NCBI GenBank assembly: GCA_043750125.1
Contig: JAYVCD010000456.1
Location: 1-23,989, forward strand
From: Archangiaceae bacterium
Lineage (GTDB): Bacteria; Myxococcota; Myxococcia; Myxococcales; Myxococcaceae
Length of the DNA stretch: 23,989 nt
Direction: 5' to 3'
Shown in pieces: positions 8,733 through 16,354 of this stretch (positions are counted from its first letter, which is position 1; every line of letters starts with the position of its first letter). The notes below the pieces were generated by a model. That model was not told the DNA's origin, made no database searches, and saw nothing but the letters and a program-made list of their open reading frames with translations. Position numbers and translations under genes: made by a program.

Positions 8733-10472
8733 GTGAACGACGGTCCCAAGATCCTCGGCATCGACCTCGACAAGACGGCCCACGTGCCGATCGCAAAGGC
8801 CTTCAACCAGTCGGGCCTGTTCTACCGGTTCATCTCAGACCCGAAGAAGCTGCTGGGCGCGCTCAACCAGCTCAAGCCGACGATGATCGTGCTGTTCGAC
8901 GAGATCGGCTCGGACCTCGTCAACGGAGTGCTCGACGTGGTCAGCGCCGATGTCGAGTGGGCCCACCTGCCGGTGGTGTTGATCTCCAACGACGTGACCG
9001 ACCGGACCTTTGTCCTCGGCTTGCGCACCGGCGTGGTTGCCGTCCTTCCCCGCCCTTTCGACCCGGTCAAGCACCCCAACGGCATTCGTCACGTCCTGAC
9101 CGAGCTGCAGACGCGGCAGGGCAGCACCAGTGGCACGGCCGATTCGAAGATGCTGGCTCGGCTGGTCGAGCACCTGCGCAAGACGCGACGGTCGGGCTCG
9201 CTGACGTTTGATCCGCGCACCCCGAACGAAGGCCACGCGACCTTTCTGCTCGGCAAGCTCGAGAAGGCGAGCTTCAAGAAGCTCTCGGGCATCGAGGCGC
9301 TGGTTTCGATGGTGGCGCAGCCTCACGCGCAGTGGAGCTTCGCCGAGGTACACGGGGCCGGAGGCGATGGCGCCGGAGTGGTGATCGAAGTCGGAGAGAG
9401 CCCGAACGCCGAAGTCGAGGAAGAGGTGGTGATCGGAACCATCGAGGCGGCGGTCACGGCGCCGTTCGAGATGCCCTTCACTCCTGCGGGGGGCCAGCCG
9501 TCGCCGGTGTCGTCGATGGGGGCTCAGCTGTTGCTGGTCGATGACGATGAAGGGCTGTGCAAGATGTTCTCGACGCTGTTCAAGAAGCACGGCTTTTCGG
9601 TGAAGCGCGCGAATGATGGGTTCGAGGGGCTGGCGGCCGCGCAGTCGGGAATCTTCGATGCCGTCATCGCCGACCTCAACATGCCCCGCATGGACGGGTG
9701 GGGACTGCTGCGGATGTTGCGCGATGACTTTCGGACCCGCGAGCTGCCGGTGGCATTTCTGTCCTGCCACGACGACTACCGCGACGGCCTGAAGGCGATG
9801 AACGCCGGCGCCCAGGCGTACTTCAGCAAGGGCACGCGCATGGACGCGCTGGTGGGCCAGGTGCGAAAGCTGCTCGAGCCCCGGGTTCTCACGTCGTTGC
9901 AGGTCATCGATGGGGTCGACTTCCAGTGCCAGATTGGCCAGGTCGGCCCTCAATGGCTGTTGGCCGAGCTCGAGACCCGTCACTTCGATGGGCGAATCGA
10001 AGCCAAGGACAGCTTCGCGGGCTACCAGCTCTATTTTCAGAGCGGGCGCTGCGTCCACGCCACGGCAGTGGCCGGCCGCTATACCGCCGAAGGTGAGCGC
10101 GCCTTTAACGCGATGATCGGCTCACGCAATGCCGAAGGCCTGGTCCGGTTTGGGTTGGCCCCGTCGCCCCAGACGTTGTTTCACCCGACCCACGAGCTGA
10201 TTGCCAAGGCGTGCGCGACGCTGACCGAGAACGAGACGCGCATGCGCGAAGGTCTGCTCGTCGCGGCGACCCAGATTGAAGTGAATGAAGACCTGTATGC
10301 GATCTACGGGAAGGTCGGCCCGAGCCAGTGGCTCGAGGTCGCAAGGCTCATCTGCGAGGAGCGTGTGCCCCCTCGCGATGTCATCGCCCGCATGGACACT
10401 TCGCCCATCGAGGTGGAGGAGACCCTGAAGGATCTCCTCCGCCGCGGTGTCGTGACGCTCAAACGTTTGTGA
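8733..10472 (+). CDS. Paralogous multidomain response regulator: pseudo-REC - DUF4388 - REC - DUF4388 - wHTH-like tail
   Basis: Degenerate N-terminal receiver (GIDLD, LPRPF) and a canonical second receiver (LLVDDD..IADLNMP..FLS..FSK). C-terminal half is clearly homologous to 7106..8731 (HDDYR, QVG-x-QWLL, L-x-RRGVV). Confidence 0.85.
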   Translation: MNDGPKILGIDLDKTAHVPIAKAFNQSGLFYRFISDPKKLLGALNQLKPTMIVLFDEIGSDLVNGVLDVVSADVEWAHLPVVLISNDVTDRTFVLGLRTGVVAVLPRPFDPVKHPNGIRHVLTELQTRQGSTSGTADSKMLARLVEHLRKTRRSGSLTFDPRTPNEGHATFLLGKLEKASFKKLSGIEALVSMVAQPHAQWSFAEVHGAGGDGAGVVIEVGESPNAEVEEEVVIGTIEAAVTAPFEMPFTPAGGQPSPVSSMGAQLLLVDDDEGLCKMFSTLFKKHGFSVKRANDGFEGLAAAQSGIFDAVIADLNMPRMDGWGLLRMLRDDFRTRELPVAFLSCHDDYRDGLKAMNAGAQAYFSKGTRMDALVGQVRKLLEPRVLTSLQVIDGVDFQCQIGQVGPQWLLAELETRHFDGRIEAKDSFAGYQLYFQSGRCVHATAVAGRYTAEGERAFNAMIGSRNAEGLVRFGLAPSPQTLFHPTHELIAKACATLTENETRMREGLLVAATQIEVNEDLYAIYGKVGPSQWLEVARLICEERVPPRDVIARMDTSPIEVEETLKDLLRRGVVTLKRL

Positions 10473-10478
10473 ATGGAA

Positions 10479-10712
10479 TCAAATCGCTCGACGCTGCGTG
10501 GCGTAGGCCTCAATCCCCATTTGGGGAGCCATCGCCAGCTCGTTGAGCGGGCACTTCATACAAGTGAAACTCTGCCAGCCCCGACGGACTGCTTCGTCGA
10601 GACAATTGTCATAATGCGAGCAATTGAGGTTTCGGTGGGTTTCGACTCCAGCCCTTTTTGGTCCGGCCTCTGGATTGATGCTCTGCGGCAACTCAGTCGG
10701 AAACGGCTTCAT
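10479..10712 (-). CDS. Small hypothetical protein with C-x5-C-x13-C-x2-C motif (putative metal-binding)
   Basis: Strong SD AGGGGAGG upstream of ATG 10712. The ORF fills an otherwise empty gap and has four spaced Cys in 77 aa. Confidence 0.75.
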   Translation of the reverse strand: MKPFPTELPQSINPEAGPKRAGVETHRNLNCSHYDNCLDEAVRRGWQSFTCMKCPLNELAMAPQMGIEAYATQRRAI

Positions 10713-10807
10713 TCGGTTGTGGCCTCCCCTGACTTAAATACATCCCCCGGCGGAACTACCTGTCTTGCCTTTCGAAGCGCGGCCCCAACCACGGGCATCG
10801 TGCGACG

Positions 10808-10823
10808 AGTGAGGCTTTAGCTA
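10808..10823 (+). repeat. 16-bp direct repeat copy 1 (AGTGAGGCTTTAGCTA)
   Basis: Exact match to 17435..17450; intergenic, 13 nt before the slt ATG. Confidence 0.9.
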
Positions 10824-10836
10824 CCTCCGAACACTG

Positions 10837-13029
10837 ATGTCAAACCACCGACCCCCCTACCGCCAGATTTTCGCCACAGCCCTGTTGCTGGCTCAACTGG
10901 CGTGGCCCCAATCGCCCGAGCTGATCGAAGCCGTTCGAGTCCACCGCTCGACGGTCTTGACCACCGCCCGGGCCGAGTTGTCGGCCTGTCTGGCGACGCT
11001 GGCCAACGGGCCGGTGTGCGTCGACGCCGACCGGCTGTCGTTGTTGACCGGGTTCCTGATGCTCTCAGACGGAGATCCGACCGGAGCGGTCGCCCAGCTG
11101 ACCTCGCGCGCTCCGCCCAGGGGGCTCGAGCCTTTCCATGCCTGGTATCTGGGCGAGGCGCTCTCGTGGAGTGCCGATCGCGCGGGCGCGCTGAAGGTCT
11201 TCAAGACGGTGGGCAAGAGCGCGCCCGAGTGGTTGAAGAAGAAGATCAACGTTCGCACCGGAGAGCTGTTGCTGGCGCAGGGCGAGCCGAAGAAGGCGCT
11301 CCCGTTGCTCGAGGCGGCGAACGCGGAAGACAACCCCGACCTGCTCTACCAGCGGGGACTGGCGCGGCTGTCGTGTGGGCTTTGGGCCAAAGGCCAAAGA
11401 GATTTGAAGGCGGTGCTGGTTCGGTTTCCAGCGCATCCCCACGCGGCCCTCGCTCAAGGACGGCTCGAGCTTCCGAAGAAGCCGGTGGTCTTCTCGGTCG
11501 ACGAGCACTTCGCACGAGAGGCAGGCTTCTTGAGCGCCGGAGATCCGAAGTCCGCATCGGCCGAGCTCGACGCGATTGTGATTCCGCCCGGAAAGCGGGC
11601 TGAGGCGGTCAGCGGCAATCTGGCCCTCGCCCGCGCGAGCGTGCTCTTCGCGCAGGGTCAGGAAAAAGAGGCCTACCAGAAGCTGCAGGCGGCGATGGGC
11701 GGCCCGCCGTGGGTGGCGGCGAGCGCGATGATGATCCAGGCCCGCAAGCTGCTGCACGCAGGAAACAACACCGCCGCGCGTGAGCTGATGCGGGCGATTG
11801 ACGAGAAGTACCCCAATGAGCCCCCCGCCGATGAAGCCGCCTACCTCTCGGGGTGGATCGCGATGCAGGCAGGCGACTACCCGGCCGCGGTGCAGGACTT
11901 CACCTCGTTCGAAGAGCGCCACAAGCGGTCGAGGAAGCGGGACGACGCGCGGTGGTTTCGCGCCTACGCGCAGATTCGACAGGACAAGTTTGTCGATGCC
12001 CGGGCGACGATTGCGGGCCTGCTGGCCGAGTTCCCCCGTTCGGCGCTGGTGCCCCAGGCGAAGTACTGGGCGGCGCGCTGCGGCCAGCTGCTGAACGGGA
12101 AACCCGATTCGGCGCTTAGCCCAGCAGCGCTGGCCGGGGAGTACCGCGAAGTCGTCGCCACATCGACCGGAAGCTTCTACGCGTTGCTGTCACAGCAGCG
12201 GCTTCGGGACCTGGGCGAAGAGGTGCCGCCGACGTTCGCCGAAGGGGCGAAATCGGTCGAGGCGGACGCCGCTCCGATCGAGCTGAAGTTGGCTTTAGAC
12301 CTGGCGAAGGCAGGACTGCTGCGGGACGCCTGGGAAGAGACCCAGACCCGGATTTCGCAGATCAAGACCGCGCCCGACGCGCTGCGGTTTGGGCACGCGC
12401 TGCAAGCGCTGGGAGAGTTCGGCGGCGCCCATGCCCTGGCGGCGCGCTACCTGTGGGGGGCGGTGTACACCCAGCACAACCCTGAAGCGGTCGCGCTGAT
12501 GTACCCGCGCGCGTATCGCGAATCGGTCGAACGACTGTCGAAGGAACGGGGGCTCGACCCGTTTCTCGCGTGGGCGATCATGCGACGAGAAAGCGCGTTC
12601 AAGCCTGAAGTGTGGAGCAGCGCCGATGCGCGGGGGCTGATGCAGCTGATTCCTCCGACGGCGCGGGCGATCGCCAGCGCGCTGAAGATCGAGAAGCCCG
12701 AGCCCGACGAGCTGTATTCGCCCGAATCGAACATCGTGTTCGGAACCTGGTACCTGTCGGCGCTGATGCAGCGGTTCAGCCACCCTTCCCTCTGCGCGGC
12801 TGCGTACAACGCGGGTCCGAACCCGGTGGTGAAATGGGCGACCCAGAAGTCTGACCTTCAGCTCGACATGTGGGTCGAAGAGATTCCGTTCAAAGAGACG
12901 CGGGGCTACGTCAAGCAGGTGACGGCCGACTACTTCATCTACCGCGCGCTCTACGGCGAGAAGTCGGCCGCGGTGAAGCAACTGGCGCTGCAGATTCCGG
13001 TGCCCCGCGATGGGGGAGTGAGCTTCTAG
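10837..13029 (+). CDS. slt: Soluble lytic murein transglycosylase (Slt70-like) with TPR-like helical N-terminus
   Basis: SLT domain motifs AIMRRESAF (catalytic Glu), ARGLMQL, AAYNAG and VEEIPFKETRGYV. N-terminal signal and TPR-like repeats. Confidence 0.93.
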   Translation: MSNHRPPYRQIFATALLLAQLAWPQSPELIEAVRVHRSTVLTTARAELSACLATLANGPVCVDADRLSLLTGFLMLSDGDPTGAVAQLTSRAPPRGLEPFHAWYLGEALSWSADRAGALKVFKTVGKSAPEWLKKKINVRTGELLLAQGEPKKALPLLEAANAEDNPDLLYQRGLARLSCGLWAKGQRDLKAVLVRFPAHPHAALAQGRLELPKKPVVFSVDEHFAREAGFLSAGDPKSASAELDAIVIPPGKRAEAVSGNLALARASVLFAQGQEKEAYQKLQAAMGGPPWVAASAMMIQARKLLHAGNNTAARELMRAIDEKYPNEPPADEAAYLSGWIAMQAGDYPAAVQDFTSFEERHKRSRKRDDARWFRAYAQIRQDKFVDARATIAGLLAEFPRSALVPQAKYWAARCGQLLNGKPDSALSPAALAGEYREVVATSTGSFYALLSQQRLRDLGEEVPPTFAEGAKSVEADAAPIELKLALDLAKAGLLRDAWEETQTRISQIKTAPDALRFGHALQALGEFGGAHALAARYLWGAVYTQHNPEAVALMYPRAYRESVERLSKERGLDPFLAWAIMRRESAFKPEVWSSADARGLMQLIPPTARAIASALKIEKPEPDELYSPESNIVFGTWYLSALMQRFSHPSLCAAAYNAGPNPVVKWATQKSDLQLDMWVEEIPFKETRGYVKQVTADYFIYRALYGEKSAAVKQLALQIPVPRDGGVSF

Positions 13030-14012
13030 AACAGGTGGGCGCTGACGAGGCGGGCGTCGCCTCCAGGCTGACAGCGGACGGTTTCGATCGCGCCACATTC
13101 CTTCGCCAGCTCGACCGCGCGAAGCTCGTGGGCCTGGTCGGTGAGGATCACCGGGTTGGGCCCGGCGTCGAGGGTGAAATACATCGGTCGGCCCGCGCGG
13201 CGTTCAGCGGCCAGCGCGTGAATGACGGCCAGCGTCGCGGGCTTGAGGTAGCAAAGCGGAGGATCTGCGGCGAGGGCCGTCGCATGCATTCGCCAGGCGT
13301 TGCGCTCGGCCAGCTCACCGATTTTTTCCAGGTCGCGCGCAGAAATCGCCTCGAGCGCCCCGGCGATTTCGTCGTCGGCGCTCTTCACCCAGGCCGGGTA
13401 GTACGGCGAGGTCTCGACCGTGCTGCGCATTCCGTCGCGGGACTTCACTTCCTTCTCTTCCCGGCTGACCATCGCCACGACCAACCTCAGCTCGGGCCAG
13501 TGGCTCTGGGGAAAAGCCTGGGAAGCGAAGCTGTCTGAGCCGTCGGGAGCGCTGCCTTTTTTCCAGATGCAGGCGCCCCCCTGGATGCTGCGGCACGCCG
13601 AGCCTGAGCCCTGCCGCGCCAGAATCGACTCGGCTCGCACGTCTCGAGGAAGGCCGGCCGCTGCCCGTGCCGCGATCGCGAGAGCGGCGAATCCGGCGGC
13701 GCTGCTGGCGAGCCCGGCCGCAGCTGGAAAATCACCCCGCGAGACGACCTTCGCCTTTCCCAGGTTCGGGCTCTGCGCTCGAAGCAGATTCAGCGCAGCA
13801 AGAATGCGAGCGGCCTCGGTTCCCTTCGCCGGGGCTCCGTTGAGCTCGACGTGGTCTGAGCCCGTCAACCCGAACTCGACGGTGGTGGTCACCTGCATCG
13901 GCGCGAGCGTGATCGACAGGCTCGACTGATGGGGAAGGATCAACGCGTCGTCGCGTTTTCCCCAGTACTTCACCAGGGCGATGTTGGGGTGGGCGGTGGC
14001 AGTGGCCTTCAT
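13026..14012 (-). CDS. mvaD: Diphosphomevalonate decarboxylase
   Basis: NIALVKYWGK, PAAAGLASSA (GHMP P-loop), GSGSACRS, SRDGM and FTLDAGPN. Confidence 0.95.
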   Translation of the reverse strand: MKATATAHPNIALVKYWGKRDDALILPHQSSLSITLAPMQVTTTVEFGLTGSDHVELNGAPAKGTEAARILAALNLLRAQSPNLGKAKVVSRGDFPAAAGLASSAAGFAALAIAARAAAGLPRDVRAESILARQGSGSACRSIQGGACIWKKGSAPDGSDSFASQAFPQSHWPELRLVVAMVSREEKEVKSRDGMRSTVETSPYYPAWVKSADDEIAGALEAISARDLEKIGELAERNAWRMHATALAADPPLCYLKPATLAVIHALAAERRAGRPMYFTLDAGPNPVILTDQAHELRAVELAKECGAIETVRCQPGGDARLVSAHLF

Positions 14013-14030
14013 CGAGGGGTCGCGGAGTTT

Positions 14031-14927
14031 TTAAAGTGCGATTGGGCCGGCGAGCTGACTGCAGAAACACTCGACGCCTTCCGCGGTCAGCCGCTTGATC
14101 ATCGGCTCGGGCTCGCGAAAGAGCCCAATCACCGCTCCGCCGTCGCCGCCGGCGCCGGTCAGCTTCGCGCCCAGGGCCCCGTGGGCACGCAGGTGGCGGG
14201 TCATCGCGTCGATCCGGTCCGAGGACAATTGCAGGGCAGACAGCAGCCCCTGGTTCAGGTTCATCAAATCGCCCAGCGATTCGAGATCTCCTTTCCTCAC
14301 TGCGTCGGCCCCTTCTCGCGCGAGGTGACCGATTTCGGTGAAGAGCCGCGCGTAGCGCCGCGGCCACTGCACCTGGCGCTCGCGCAGCGCCGCGACGGTG
14401 GCTTTGGTCGACGCGCGCTCACCGACCAGCGCGACGAGCACCTTCACCGGCTTGCGTCCTTTGACGGCGGTGACCTTGCCCTTCTGAAACAGCACCATCG
14501 CCCCGCGCGCGCTGGTGGTGTGATCGACGCCCGAAGGGGTGCCGTGGAACTCGCGTTCCATCGCCAGAGCGATCTTCTCGACCGCGACCGCGGAATCTTC
14601 TTTCCCCGCAGCGTTCAACAGAGCGCGCGCCACGGCAACCGCCAGCGCGCCCGAGCTGCCCAGGCCCATCGAGACGGGCAGATCGCTTTCTACCGAGACA
14701 GACACCTTGGGATGACGGGTCAGCCGCGCGGCGGCCTCGAACGCGCGCTCGAGCGCCTGTTGCTGGATCTTGCTCAGCCCGCCGGGCAGCTCGAGCTGAG
14801 AGCTCTCGCTCGGTTCAGCGAACGCGCGCACTCCACGTGAGATGGCGGCAGCGAGCGCGGGGTGGCCATAGACCACCGCGTGCTCGCCCAAGAGGATCAG
14901 CTTTCCCGGAGCAAAAAATGAGGTCAC
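14031..14927 (-). CDS. mvk: Mevalonate kinase
   Basis: APGKLILLGEHAVVYG, PVSMGLGSSGA, HGTPSGVD and KLTGAGGDGG. Confidence 0.95.
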   Translation of the reverse strand: MTSFFAPGKLILLGEHAVVYGHPALAAAISRGVRAFAEPSESSQLELPGGLSKIQQQALERAFEAAARLTRHPKVSVSVESDLPVSMGLGSSGALAVAVARALLNAAGKEDSAVAVEKIALAMEREFHGTPSGVDHTTSARGAMVLFQKGKVTAVKGRKPVKVLVALVGERASTKATVAALRERQVQWPRRYARLFTEIGHLAREGADAVRKGDLESLGDLMNLNQGLLSALQLSSDRIDAMTRHLRAHGALGAKLTGAGGDGGAVIGLFREPEPMIKRLTAEGVECFCSQLAGPIAL

Positions 14928-14943
14928 TGCACCGACTCGTACA

Positions 14944-16266
14944 TCAGTTGCCGGTCGCCGCGGCCATTTCCTCAGGGCTCAGGGCGGCGAGGATCTCGCG
15001 GGCCTTCTCGACCTTCACTGCGCCGGCGTTGACGAGCAGGGTCGCGAGCTTCTCGACCCAGTCGCCGCGGGCGCCGGCCGTGACGGCGACGCAGCGGGCA
15101 TGAAGCGCCATGTGCCCCTTCTGAATGCCGACCGAGCCCAGCGCCCGAACCGCGGCGAAGTTCTGAGCCAGCCCGACGGAGACCATCACCATCGCCAGCT
15201 CGCGCGCGCTGGTGACCCGCAGCACCTTGAGCGCGGCCTGCACGCCCGCGTGAATCTTGATCGGGCCTCCGACGGTGCCGAGCGCGAGCGGCATTTCGAT
15301 TCGGCCGACCAGGTGCCCTTCTTCGAGGTTCCAGGTGGACAGGGGGCGGTACTGCCCGTCGCGGGCAGCGTAGGCGTGCGCGCCGGCTTCGATCGCCCGC
15401 CAGTCCTGGCCGGTGGCGATCGCGACCGAGTCGATTCCGTTCATCACGCCTTTGTTGTGGGTGCAGGCGCGGTACGGGTCGGCCAGAGCAAAGCGGCTGG
15501 CCTGCACGATGCCTTCGGCGATCGCGTCGCCGGGCAGATCAAAGTCGGCCAGGGCGGGCACGGGAATTCGACAGGTCGCGCGCGCCAGCCGCCGGTCAGC
15601 CAGGTTCGAGAGGATGCGCAGGTAGACCTTGCCGCCGGTGATCTGCTCCACCATCGGAGCCACGCCTTCGGCCATGGTGTTGATCAGGTTCGCGCCCATC
15701 GCTTCCTGGGTGTCGACGTACAGGTGCAGCACCAGAATAGCCTCGGCCTTCGGGCCTTCGGGCGCAGGCAGCACGCGCACATCGATGTCCTTGGCTCCGC
15801 CGCCGCGCTTGAGCATCGAAGGGTGGAAGCTGTTGGCGAGCGCGAGCAGCTGTTCTTTGTGCGCGAGCAGCTTGGCGGTCGCCTCTTCTGGGTTCCCGTA
15901 GCGGGTCAGCTGGACCTGCCCGATCATGATCGGGTCGTCGGCCTCGGCGAAGAAGCCTCCGCCCTCGCGAACGATTTTCGCAGCGAAGGAAACCGCGGCC
16001 ACGACCGACGGCTCTTCAACCGCCATCGGCACGATGTACTCGCGGTCATTGACGACCATGTTCAGACCGACGCCAAGCGGCAGGTGGAACGTGCCCACCG
16101 CGTTCTCGATCATCTGGTTCGCGGTGACCATGTCCAGGGACCCGTAGCCGTTGAGCGAGCCCGCCTCTTCGGCAGTGAGCTTGAACATTCGGGTGAGGGT
16201 GTTGAGCCGCTCAGCCATGGGCAGCTTGTGGAAGCCCGACAACTTCGAGGTGACGACCGTATTCAT
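14944..16266 (-). CDS. mvaA: Class II HMG-CoA reductase
   Basis: ENAVG, EEPSVVAA, EAMGAN, THNKGVMNG, GTVGG and GIQKGHMALH. Start placed at ATG 16266 behind an AAGGAG SD (ORF track extends to GTG 16323). Confidence 0.95.
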   Translation of the reverse strand: MNTVVTSKLSGFHKLPMAERLNTLTRMFKLTAEEAGSLNGYGSLDMVTANQMIENAVGTFHLPLGVGLNMVVNDREYIVPMAVEEPSVVAAVSFAAKIVREGGGFFAEADDPIMIGQVQLTRYGNPEEATAKLLAHKEQLLALANSFHPSMLKRGGGAKDIDVRVLPAPEGPKAEAILVLHLYVDTQEAMGANLINTMAEGVAPMVEQITGGKVYLRILSNLADRRLARATCRIPVPALADFDLPGDAIAEGIVQASRFALADPYRACTHNKGVMNGIDSVAIATGQDWRAIEAGAHAYAARDGQYRPLSTWNLEEGHLVGRIEMPLALGTVGGPIKIHAGVQAALKVLRVTSARELAMVMVSVGLAQNFAAVRALGSVGIQKGHMALHARCVAVTAGARGDWVEKLATLLVNAGAVKVEKAREILAALSPEEMAAATGN

Positions 16267-16354
16267 CGACGACTTCTCCTTGATGCGTTCGGCCGTGCCC
16301 TTCACCTGCGATTCGCTGTGCACGTGCTGTCCCCTGCCCTTGACGGGCGGCCTT

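Noticed and set aside
7930-9800. Short DNA repeats such as GACCTCAACATGCC and CACGACGACTACCGCGA
   Set aside because: Explained by paralogy of the two regulator genes; not CRISPR or mobile repeats.
10473-10820. 115-aa plus-strand ORF immediately after the second regulator
   Set aside because: No recognisable features; the opposite strand has a strong SD and a four-Cys motif. Not fully excluded.
13026-14012. Decarboxylase as a Chloroflexi/haloarchaeal-type phosphomevalonate decarboxylase
   Set aside because: It retains KYWGK and SR-x-GM typical of diphosphomevalonate decarboxylases, and no isopentenyl-phosphate kinase is in the window. Kept only as a testable alternative.
16284-16300. GGGCACGGCCGAACGCA as an internal sigma54 promoter for mvaA
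   Set aside because: GG-to-GC spacing is 11 rather than 10, and the -12 element is poor.
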